Source: an uncultured virus (IMG/VR IMGVR_UViG_3300031722_000014)
Lineage: Duplodnaviria > Heunggongvirae > Uroviricota > Caudoviricetes
IMG/VR virus record: IMGVR_UViG_3300031722_000014
DNA length: 34,038 nt
Direction: 5' to 3' (one strand)
This document shows positions 26,189-33,729 of the stretch, one piece after another. Under the pieces are notes generated by a model. The model did not search any database, was not told the origin of the DNA, and was given only the letters and a program-made list of their open reading frames with translations. Numbering within the stretch: the first letter of the stretch is position 1; every line of letters begins with the position of its first letter. A program made the position numbers and the translations under genes.

Positions 26189-26286
26189 AGTCTATTAGCT
26201 CAGTTGGTTAGAGCGCATGAAAGTGACAAACCCGTTTTAACGGAAGGCATATCATGAAGTCGCGGGTTCGAGCCCTGTATAGACAA
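26189..26286 (+). tRNA. tRNA-like gene with a 31-nt expanded anticodon loop (no assignable anticodon)
   Basis: Acceptor GTCTAT/ATAGAC, D arm GCTC-AGTTGGTTA-GAGC, anticodon stem CATGA/TCATG enclosing 31 nt, T arm GCGGG-TTCGAGC-CCTGT. Confidence 0.75.
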
Positions 26287-26315
26287 CAATATTAACATTT
26301 ATTAATCAATAATTT

Positions 26316-26519
26316 ATGAAAAAAGCATTTAATTTATTATTTTTAATTGGGTGTGCATGCATATCTAATTTACCCGTGTTATTACTAATGTCAAATGATA
26401 TTAGTAAGACGGTTCCAAGTCAAGAGAATAGAGCAGTTATTCTTATTGCCACAATTACATTAAGCTTTATTATTAGCATTAATATTCAAAAAGTGTATAA
26501 CAAAATGAAATTAAAGTAA
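26316..26519 (+). CDS. Small two-TM membrane protein
   Basis: 67 aa with two hydrophobic stretches. Confidence 0.6.
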   Translation: MKKAFNLLFLIGCACISNLPVLLLMSNDISKTVPSQENRAVILIATITLSFIISINIQKVYNKMKLK

Positions 26520-26521
26520 TT

Positions 26522-26656
26522 ATGGGTAAAACAAAAAGATTAAAGGACAGAAATGGTGACGGAATCAAAGAAGTAGAACTAAAGGTTGTCAAAAAGAATA
26601 ATGGCCTACAAAGAGAGACTAAAATGCAACCATTCACTAAAAAGGAAAGGATTTGA
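26522..26656 (+). CDS. Small basic protein (44 aa, not in the ORF track)
   Basis: MGKTKRLKDRNGDGIKEVELKVVKKNNGLQRETKMQPFTKKERI*; fills the gap between its neighbours. Confidence 0.5.
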   Translation: MGKTKRLKDRNGDGIKEVELKVVKKNNGLQRETKMQPFTKKERI

Positions 26657-26657
26657 T

Positions 26658-27035
26658 ATGGAATGGACAAAAGAAACATTAGTAAATACATGTATTGAAG
26701 TGTCAAAAAGATACAATGGAAAGAAAATTATTAAATTCTATGAAAGTTTTGGATTTAAAAATAACCATAATCTTGTTGGAGATTCTACTATTGGATATTA
26801 TGGAATTTTAGAAGAAAACAATTCAATTATATTTCATAATATTCCATTGCTAAATGTAATCAAACTTCCTTCTAAGCCTCGTCGCAAATTTCCACGAGAA
26901 ATGATGGTATCCGAAGATGGACACGAATGGTTCAAATCAATAGTATTTGGTACCATAAAACACGAATATGGAAAATTCGTTATACGAAGAGGAAGTGATT
27001 CATTCAGAGCATTAAAATATGCAAAAGAAATTTAA
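26658..27035 (+). CDS. Hypothetical protein
   Basis: Likely start MEWTKETL at 26658; KFPREMMVSEDGHEW...KYAKEI C-terminal module. Confidence 0.7.
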   Translation: MEWTKETLVNTCIEVSKRYNGKKIIKFYESFGFKNNHNLVGDSTIGYYGILEENNSIIFHNIPLLNVIKLPSKPRRKFPREMMVSEDGHEWFKSIVFGTIKHEYGKFVIRRGSDSFRALKYAKEI

Positions 27036-27161
27036 CTCATTGCAATAGCAATTGGTGGAGTTTGTTCACTAAACCGAACAGGCCTAAGAGAATGGTTCGT
27101 ACATAAAAGGTTGTGCGCCCCATTCTCTATCATTTTAATATTAATCAATAATAAATATAAA

Positions 27162-27635
27162 GTGAAACACGAAGAAAACGAGATTTTAGATGCGCTGATC
27201 GCTCATGCTAGAACACAAGAAGAAGTACTGACTGCATTTATGGCAGCATTCCCAAAGACAGACGCCGAAAGACTGCACAAAAAGATTGGGAAAAAGTGGA
27301 ATGAATATCTAAGAAACAAAACCAACGTATCTTTACGTCATTGCGATACAAAAACATTAATAACAGTCTTAAGATCGTTAAATAATGATGTACGCGAAGC
27401 GATAATAAGAAAAGTTGAAATCAAATTGGTCAAAAAACCAAAGGTATACAAAGAGATTTATGAAGCGATGACACACAAAACAAATGCCTGGAATCAGGAT
27501 TTACAAAGAGAAAAATACGTTGAGTTAGTTAGCATATCTTCAGATGGCTATTTAATTCAGGTATGGAATGGATTAGAAATGTTTACATTTACAATCTACG
27601 ATGTGAATCAATTTTACCCGGCATTAAAACATTAA
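27162..27635 (+). CDS. Hypothetical protein
   Basis: ORF 27111..27635; the more likely start is GTG-KHEENE near 27162, after an AT-rich leader. Confidence 0.65.
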   Translation: MKHEENEILDALIAHARTQEEVLTAFMAAFPKTDAERLHKKIGKKWNEYLRNKTNVSLRHCDTKTLITVLRSLNNDVREAIIRKVEIKLVKKPKVYKEIYEAMTHKTNAWNQDLQREKYVELVSISSDGYLIQVWNGLEMFTFTIYDVNQFYPALKH

Positions 27636-27638
27636 GAA

Positions 27639-27702
27639 GTACGGTCTGTTAGGCTGTATTTATGACGAGCAAGACGGGACCTCGAAAGCCCCACCTCCAC
27701 CA
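27639..27702 (+). ncRNA. ssrA: Permuted tmRNA, acceptor piece
   Basis: Ends GAC-GGGAC-CTCGAAA-GCCC-CACCTCC-A-CCA. Upstream CGGTC, CTGTATT and GACGAGCAA pair with the coding piece. Confidence 0.85.
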
Positions 27703-27706
27703 AAAC

Positions 27707-27808
27707 TCTCATGTGCCGCAACTGAATAGCGGACCAGGCTAAGTAATTTAAAGAGCCTAATGCAAATTAGGTACCTGGAAGTTGTGGGTTTGAGCCCCAC
27801 CATGAGAG
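27707..27808 (+). tRNA. tRNA-like gene with a 35-nt expanded anticodon loop, nested in the tmRNA intervening segment
   Basis: Acceptor TCTCATG/CATGAGA, D arm CCGC/GCGG, anticodon stem CCAGG/CCTGG enclosing 35 nt, T arm GTGGG-TTTGAGC-CCCAC. Confidence 0.75.
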
Positions 27809-27822
27809 CGCTAATAAAACAC

Positions 27823-28015
27823 GGGGGTGCAAAGTATTGATTGGCGTCCGCTGAATATGGATAGGACTGCACACGCTAGATAACTGGCACAAAAACAATC
27901 CAAATCAACAATTATGTGGGCTTAATGTCTGCATAATTTAGAACGTACCTACCAGGTCAGGAGCAGAGATCATATCAAAGCCGCCTGTCTATTCAATTAG
28001 CCCTGGTAGGGTTTT
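27823..28015 (+). ncRNA. ssrA: Permuted tmRNA, coding piece; tag (A)GTKTIQINNYVGLMSA*
   Basis: Begins GGGGGTG, pairing with CACCTCC and giving G3-U70. ATAACT-GGC resume context; tag reading frame 27886-27936; 3' stem CCTACCAGG/CCTGGTAGG followed by GTTTT. Confidence 0.85.
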
Positions 28016-28110
28016 AAAACACGCCCTATATCCGACGAACAGCTTGGTCGGTCGGCAGCCTCGAGAACTGCGTAGGGAGCAATTATTAACAATTAAAATC
28101 AATTTAATTT

Positions 28111-28494
28111 ATGTGGATATTAATTATCTTCTCACTAATCATAACGATATTGTCGTTTGATTTATCTTACAACACATACGAGTTAAACTATTCCCATTGG
28201 AAAAAGAAACAGCGTAACCAAGGACTGAGCTCCACAAAGGAGTTTTACCGCAAAGAAATTGGACCGGAAATCCTCAGTAAACTATCGCGAATTATACCCG
28301 GAGTAAATCTTTGTGTATATATTTATGATTTGTATACTTGTGCCACTTATGAATTTGAATACTCTTCTAAAAGCATATTATATGATTTAAGAAGTAGAAA
28401 CAAAGGAATTAATGCTAAATTACTACACATATGCTGGACGCCAAAGAAGAGCTCAAAAAGAGACAATCTCTATCGAAAATCATTAAAAGAATAA
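28111..28494 (+). CDS. Membrane-anchored hypothetical protein
   Basis: 127 aa with an N-terminal hydrophobic helix. Confidence 0.55.
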   Translation: MWILIIFSLIITILSFDLSYNTYELNYSHWKKKQRNQGLSSTKEFYRKEIGPEILSKLSRIIPGVNLCVYIYDLYTCATYEFEYSSKSILYDLRSRNKGINAKLLHICWTPKKSSKRDNLYRKSLKE

Positions 28495-29102
28495 GAGGCT
28501 TCGAGTTAATTCATGATGCAGAATGCGAAATAATATGGATGAAAGGAATTTTCAGTCCAATCAAAGCATTATATCTTGCAGAAAGCACGTCTGAAGGATA
28601 TTGCGTATGCAGTACAGGAAATCAAGAAATAAACCAACAATTTATTGCTAGTGGATGCATGGAATATCTTTGGACTTCCGTAAATAAAAAATACGGAAAT
28701 ACATACAAAGTAAATTCGGCGTTGGTTCATTACGATAAAAGAAACTACAAAAACTACGAATTTGTACAAGAAATGTACGAAGAAGGAGTTCTGCAAACAA
28801 AAGACATGGATAGCGAATTAGCTTATCTATGGAATTTGGATGAAGAATCAGTAGAAAAAAGAGTTTTTTATTGGTTTATGAAAAAGCTACAAGAAGTACG
28901 GGAAAATTCAATAAAACAAACAAATATACTAGTTAACATTTCAATAGCAAAAAATATGCTAAGAAAAGAAAGAAGAATTAGTAGAGTTGTAGATTTATTG
29001 GAGAAATTCATGCTTATACAGGGCGAAAAGATTTTCAACGTGAAGAAAGAGTCGTTTAAATTACTTCTTGAATTTCAGGCAGCTCAATTACCATTTGATT
29101 AA
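28431..29102 (+). CDS. Hypothetical protein
   Basis: 223 aa ending in LPFD. Confidence 0.7.
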   Translation: MLDAKEELKKRQSLSKIIKRIRGFELIHDAECEIIWMKGIFSPIKALYLAESTSEGYCVCSTGNQEINQQFIASGCMEYLWTSVNKKYGNTYKVNSALVHYDKRNYKNYEFVQEMYEEGVLQTKDMDSELAYLWNLDEESVEKRVFYWFMKKLQEVRENSIKQTNILVNISIAKNMLRKERRISRVVDLLEKFMLIQGEKIFNVKKESFKLLLEFQAAQLPFD

Positions 29103-29103
29103 T

Positions 29104-29667
29104 ATGGATGTAGGATTTATATCTGACCCTCATATAGGTCATAAAGCAATTGCTAAGCTACGTGGATTTGATGACATTGATGCCTATAATGAAGAAGTAA
29201 TAAGAAGGTGGAATTCTGTTGTATCAGCTAAAACTCTAATTTTCTTAATTGGAGATGCGACAATGGACAATCCTTTATATCTACCTTTATTAGCAAGGCT
29301 AAATGGAAGACTAGTATTCGTAGGTGGAAATAATGATACAAGAAGAATTTGCAAACTACTTGAACAATATGCAGAAGCAGTTGTTGGAGCCTTAGAGTAC
29401 AAAGGATTCATAGTAACGCACATTCCAGTGCATACTCAGGAAGTATCAAGATTTAAAGGGAATATTCATGGACATACTCATGATAGATATGTAAGGAAAC
29501 TAACATACGAGCCCTTAAGTGTAAAAGTAAAGGATGAACCAGACAATAGATATCTTAACGTAAGTTGGGATGTGTTAGATGGTTATCCAATGTCAATTGA
29601 AAAAGTAATAGAATACTTTAACGACAGAAAAACAGAATTTGAATCAGTTAAATCAATTAAAAGATAA
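29104..29667 (+). CDS. Calcineurin-like metallophosphoesterase
   Basis: FISDPHIGH, LIGD, GGNND, THIP and NIHGHTH motifs; start MDVG at 29104. Confidence 0.88.
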   Translation: MDVGFISDPHIGHKAIAKLRGFDDIDAYNEEVIRRWNSVVSAKTLIFLIGDATMDNPLYLPLLARLNGRLVFVGGNNDTRRICKLLEQYAEAVVGALEYKGFIVTHIPVHTQEVSRFKGNIHGHTHDRYVRKLTYEPLSVKVKDEPDNRYLNVSWDVLDGYPMSIEKVIEYFNDRKTEFESVKSIKR

Positions 29668-29669
29668 GA

Positions 29670-29858
29670 ATGAAAGTAACAAATCGCGCAAGTAAAAAAG
29701 AGTCAGTCAACGCTCTAAGAGAAGTAAAAGCTGTAAAAAGTAAAGAAACTCAGAAAAGTCGACAAAGATCACGTAGCGTAAGTGAAATGTCGGCAAGAAC
29801 CGAAAGGAATTTGAGACAGGAGACTGCAACAAAATTACGAAAATACAAACCAGTTTAA
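29670..29858 (+). CDS. Small K/R-rich protein
   Basis: 62 aa, strongly basic. Confidence 0.6.
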   Translation: MKVTNRASKKESVNALREVKAVKSKETQKSRQRSRSVSEMSARTERNLRQETATKLRKYKPV

Positions 29859-29873
29859 AACCAATTATCAAAA

Positions 29874-30086
29874 ATGGCAAAGACGAAAAGACAGCTTGAC
29901 AACGAGCTTAAAATGACGAAACGCAAAATCGTAAAAGCAGAAAAGGTTATTACAATCCTTAAAGAAAAGGGTGTTAATTGCCTTAAAAAGGAAAAGATGC
30001 TTTTGTACAGAAAAACCAAATTGGTTGACACTCTGAATGACAGAATCGTCGAAATTGGAATTGAAATCGAGTCACTAACCGTTTAA
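29874..30086 (+). CDS. Small basic coiled-coil protein
   Basis: 70 aa. Confidence 0.65.
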   Translation: MAKTKRQLDNELKMTKRKIVKAEKVITILKEKGVNCLKKEKMLLYRKTKLVDTLNDRIVEIGIEIESLTV

Positions 30087-30097
30087 TCATTATCAAG

Positions 30098-30460
30098 ATG
30101 AAGAAAGTAAAAGTAATCGTAAAAAGAAAAACTCATTCAAATTATAGCGTACTTAAAAACGTTAAAAAGGGGATGATTAAATTGGGCATTAACTCAATTG
30201 GCAAAGTGGTAAGCTCTTTCAATAAGGCGTACTATGAAGCAAAAAGTAAAGTAGAGGCAAAGAAAGCCAAAGCTGCGGCCGCAAAGGAATATCAGGAACA
30301 AAAAATTCTTGAAAGTTTGATATTGCAAGAAAAAGCCGACAAACAATCAAAGGAAATTACCACTTACTGTACAGAAAACAATTGTTCACGTAAAGTAGCG
30401 AGAAAGAAATTAAGCCAAAAAAGAAGATCAGAAAAAAGGCTGATTAAAAAAGCGGCATAA
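30098..30460 (+). CDS. Lys-rich basic protein
   Basis: 120 aa. Confidence 0.7.
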   Translation: MKKVKVIVKRKTHSNYSVLKNVKKGMIKLGINSIGKVVSSFNKAYYEAKSKVEAKKAKAAAAKEYQEQKILESLILQEKADKQSKEITTYCTENNCSRKVARKKLSQKRRSEKRLIKKAA

Positions 30461-30498
30461 TCGAGGAGGGGATGCGACCTCTACAAATACGCATGCCC

Positions 30499-30573
30499 GG
30501 TTCCTTAGCTCAGTTGGATTAGAGCAACACCCTTCTAAGGTGTGGGTCGAGAGTTCGAATCTCCCAGGGATCA
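30499..30573 (+). tRNA. tRNA-Arg (anticodon TCT)
   Basis: Canonical cloverleaf: GGTTCCT/AGGGATC acceptor, ACACC-CT-TCT-AA-GGTGT anticodon arm, TTCGAAT T loop. CCA is not encoded. Confidence 0.95.
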
Positions 30574-30594
30574 CAAATTTTAAATTCATATCAA

Positions 30595-30822
30595 ATGGAA
30601 AAAGAAAAAGTTATAGAAGCGTTAAATGAGTTTAGAGTAACCGCAACAGGCGAAATGAACAAAGAATACGAAAAGTACAAGTCAGAAAATTTTACATTCT
30701 GGCTAGGAAATTACTTTTTAGAAGACGAAAGTCAACAAATGGCATTCCCATACAAAGATTCAGATAAAGACTTAGTAGATTTAGTTCAGTTTATAAACAA
30801 AAAATACGACTTTACAAGATGA
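30595..30822 (+). CDS. Hypothetical protein
   Basis: 75 aa. Confidence 0.7.
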   Translation: MEKEKVIEALNEFRVTATGEMNKEYEKYKSENFTFWLGNYFLEDESQQMAFPYKDSDKDLVDLVQFINKKYDFTR

Positions 30823-31385
30823 GATACGAATGGAATGAAGAAAAGAAAACATACGATATTATCTTTACACCAAGTACGCTATTTAAAGGCCTTGATGATG
30901 GGAAACCCAAATATTGGGCAACCAAACCATGGAAAAAAGAAGTAGTAGAGGTGATTAATAAGTTTAAAGTAAGAAAATTGTTAGAATCATTAGGAATAAT
31001 GGGAGTAAATGATATTCAGATATTAAACTTATATAATAGCTTACTTGGAAAAGATAATTATTGCCAAGCAATGATAAACAAAGCAAAGGTAATAAGGATG
31101 AGACGCGACACAGCAATTAATATAACTAGAGACTATTTCTTATATTTAATGAGAAGTAACGACATAGAGGTATTAAATTGGGATGTGGATTATATCGGAA
31201 GAAATGCACGAAATGAAAGGATATTCAAATACTCAATAGAATATAATACATTAGTATATAAAACTAACCAATTAGCAATTACAGAAAGAGTATTTTGTAA
31301 TGAGGCAAATAGGAAAGCCGCATTTTTAAAAGAAGGAAAATTTGGATACGTACATTACGGGCCAAATATGAAAATACCGAGATAA
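30819..31385 (+). CDS. Hypothetical protein
   Basis: 188 aa; ATGA overlap with the upstream gene. Confidence 0.7.
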   Translation: MRYEWNEEKKTYDIIFTPSTLFKGLDDGKPKYWATKPWKKEVVEVINKFKVRKLLESLGIMGVNDIQILNLYNSLLGKDNYCQAMINKAKVIRMRRDTAINITRDYFLYLMRSNDIEVLNWDVDYIGRNARNERIFKYSIEYNTLVYKTNQLAITERVFCNEANRKAAFLKEGKFGYVHYGPNMKIPR

Positions 31386-31578
31386 AATGTTAGGGTACAT
31401 TAAAAGCCCATTTTTTAAAACTAACAAAAATTACTTATGAACAAAAAACTAAGTTTTGGATTTAGATTTAAAACCACCTCGACCCTCAAAGTCGATAGAG
31501 AAAAGACCTCTCGGACGGTGGTGAAAGTGAGAGGAAATTAAGGGGTATGACTTAGCATTGATCCGCTTTACCCCTACA

Positions 31579-32154
31579 ATGGCAACAAAAGGCCAGAAAT
31601 TGCATATGAAAAAAACCGATGCAGAATTAATTGGTGAAGCCAAATTAGGCTCACAGCGCGCATTTACAGCACTATATAATAAATACAATAGATCTATCTA
31701 TGGTACTATTTATAATATTGTAAAGAATAGAGATGTAGCTGATGATTTATTATCAGAAACATTTACCAAAGCTTTTAAGAATATTGACAAGTTTACGAAA
31801 GACATTTCTTTTGAGATGTGGCTTAAAACTATTGCTAACAATCATTCAATTGACTTTATCCGTGGCGGAATAAAACAAAAGAACGATATTTCAATAGATT
31901 TGGATTTGGAGAATGAATATATTTACTCAGACTATTCAAACCCAGAAAAAGAGCTAATTAAGAAAGAAGGTATTGAGTTACTTGAAAAAGGAATAAGCGA
32001 GCTAAGCCCCAGGGCTCGTGAAGTTTTGACACTACGATATACCAAAGGCCATTCATATCAGCAAGTTGCTGATGCGTTAGGCATGAGGATTGGAACTGTT
32101 AAATCTTACATTTCGAAGGCAACAAACAAATTAAAAACAACCCAAAAAAAGTAA
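31579..32154 (+). CDS. ECF-family (group IV) RNA polymerase sigma factor
   Basis: DAELI..AKLGSQRAFTALYNKY, region 2 (ADDLLSETFTKAF, FEMWLKTIANNHSIDFIR) and region 4 (LSPRAREVLTLRY..GHSYQQVADALGMRIGTVKSYISKA). Start at 31579 or 31606. Confidence 0.93.
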   Translation: MATKGQKLHMKKTDAELIGEAKLGSQRAFTALYNKYNRSIYGTIYNIVKNRDVADDLLSETFTKAFKNIDKFTKDISFEMWLKTIANNHSIDFIRGGIKQKNDISIDLDLENEYIYSDYSNPEKELIKKEGIELLEKGISELSPRAREVLTLRYTKGHSYQQVADALGMRIGTVKSYISKATNKLKTTQKK

Positions 32155-32159
32155 ACAAA

Positions 32160-32546
32160 ATGAAAACAAATCAATTGTTGATACAGGGAGCAAAGCTCTT
32201 ATGTATTCTCGTTTTTGCTATTTTCTTGGGGGGAAAGTTCGGTAAAGCCCGGGAAGATTCAAAGTTACTGGTTCGCATGGATATGGCAGTTGTAAGCCCT
32301 ACCACAGTAGAACAACCAACAGTTGGCAATGAATTAGTTACCTCGTTATTGAACGCTTTGAATGTCCAACAGTCACAATTCGTCCTGGCAAATAGCTCCC
32401 TGAAAAGAGAAGCGCTTCGGCAACGAATCGAAAAGATGAAGGACAAAAAGACGACCGTTGAGAATCGGCGGCAATCCCCCGAAATCGCTGTTAATGTAGA
32501 CAGCAGACCTCCGAGAGGAGATGATCTAATTGAAAATACTAGTTAG
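32160..32546 (+). CDS. Membrane-anchored protein downstream of the sigma factor
   Basis: 128 aa, N-terminal TM helix, coiled C-terminal part. Confidence 0.7.
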   Translation: MKTNQLLIQGAKLLCILVFAIFLGGKFGKAREDSKLLVRMDMAVVSPTTVEQPTVGNELVTSLLNALNVQQSQFVLANSSLKREALRQRIEKMKDKKTTVENRRQSPEIAVNVDSRPPRGDDLIENTS

Positions 32547-32749
32547 CTAAAGTTCTTGTGGCGAGAAAAAGAAGCTAGCCAAAACAGTTTAAATTGTTAA
32601 AAATAGTGCGTGGAATACACTAGGCAAACAGAGTATGAGTAAGAGTTTTGGAGTGAAATCCAAAGAAGTAACCTCAGAGACTATAAGTCTAACAATTTGT
32701 TTTTTATTATTTTCAATTATCAAATTTTTATCAAAAAAAGGAGGTCAAA

Positions 32750-33727
32750 ATGAAAAATGAGCCGTCAAATAAGACAGCGGCCGCAGGGGTACCCAGTACC
32801 CCAACGATGACACCAACTGAGCTATTAGGGCTTCGGGTAGTGTTGAAGGATAAATTATATGAATGTGTTCATTCTGGACAAGCAACAAAAGCGTTATCGA
32901 TTCGTAAAAGAATTGATGTAATTGATATCATGTTAGACAGTATTCTTATGAATGATATGGAGACAGTAATGCCAACCATACGCATTGATTTGAACATGTT
33001 TACCTTGGCAGAGATTAAAGTTTTATTGCCTAACTTTGATGCCTCAAAAGCATTGATGCCAGGACAAACTGAAATGGACTTTGAAGTAGCAGAAGTCGTT
33101 GAAGAAGCACCAGAAGAAAAGCCGGCTAATCCAAGCCCGGAAATTACTGATGAATCAACAATGGTGGAGCAATTAAACGAGATTCTCAAAAAGGATTTCG
33201 TCGCTCAAATTCCGGTTGCAGTGGACTTATTCCGTAAGTTAACCAACTCAACAGATCCCGATGGCGTGGCATGGATCAAAGTGTCTAAACTCTTAAAGGG
33301 AGTGCACAAAAACCTACCGTTATGGTATGGACGTTTACGTGAGAACTTAATCGATGAAGGCCCTATCAAGGCTTTTTATCAGGTACAAAAACATTTACCG
33401 ACTTGGAGTGATATTGATATCGCCATTCTGCTGCACAACGCATTGGAAGAAGCTATGGATACTGTTGCTACAGGAAAATATGAATCAACAAGAATGTCAA
33501 TTGACATGATCCTTGAAAAAGGTCCGTCAGATGTTAAGGCTTACGCCGAGATAGACAGAAATGTTGACATTATTAAGTCCATTCTTGGAATTCCCGTTGG
33601 GAAGAAAATAGAGGAAGACAAATTAATGAAGCACCTGACCTCGATTTTGAACATGTGTTCGCCTACAAAACGTGCTAAAATCCTTGAGAGAAAGCCGTAT
33701 GTGGAAAAAGGTTATCCAGTGATTTAA
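32750..33727 (+). CDS. Hypothetical protein
   Basis: 325 aa; AAGGAGG upstream; acidic linker between helical domains. Confidence 0.8.
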   Translation: MKNEPSNKTAAAGVPSTPTMTPTELLGLRVVLKDKLYECVHSGQATKALSIRKRIDVIDIMLDSILMNDMETVMPTIRIDLNMFTLAEIKVLLPNFDASKALMPGQTEMDFEVAEVVEEAPEEKPANPSPEITDESTMVEQLNEILKKDFVAQIPVAVDLFRKLTNSTDPDGVAWIKVSKLLKGVHKNLPLWYGRLRENLIDEGPIKAFYQVQKHLPTWSDIDIAILLHNALEEAMDTVATGKYESTRMSIDMILEKGPSDVKAYAEIDRNVDIIKSILGIPVGKKIEEDKLMKHLTSILNMCSPTKRAKILERKPYVEKGYPVI

Positions 33728-33729
33728 TT

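Noticed and set aside
27739..27745. Calling the nested tRNA a tRNA-Leu(AAG) from CT-AAG-TA
   Set aside because: This needs an unproven 28-nt excision, and the body lacks the long variable arm and A73 typical of tRNA-Leu; left unassigned.
27660..27872. 70 aa minus-strand ORF
   Set aside because: It is antisense to the tmRNA and the nested tRNA-like element.
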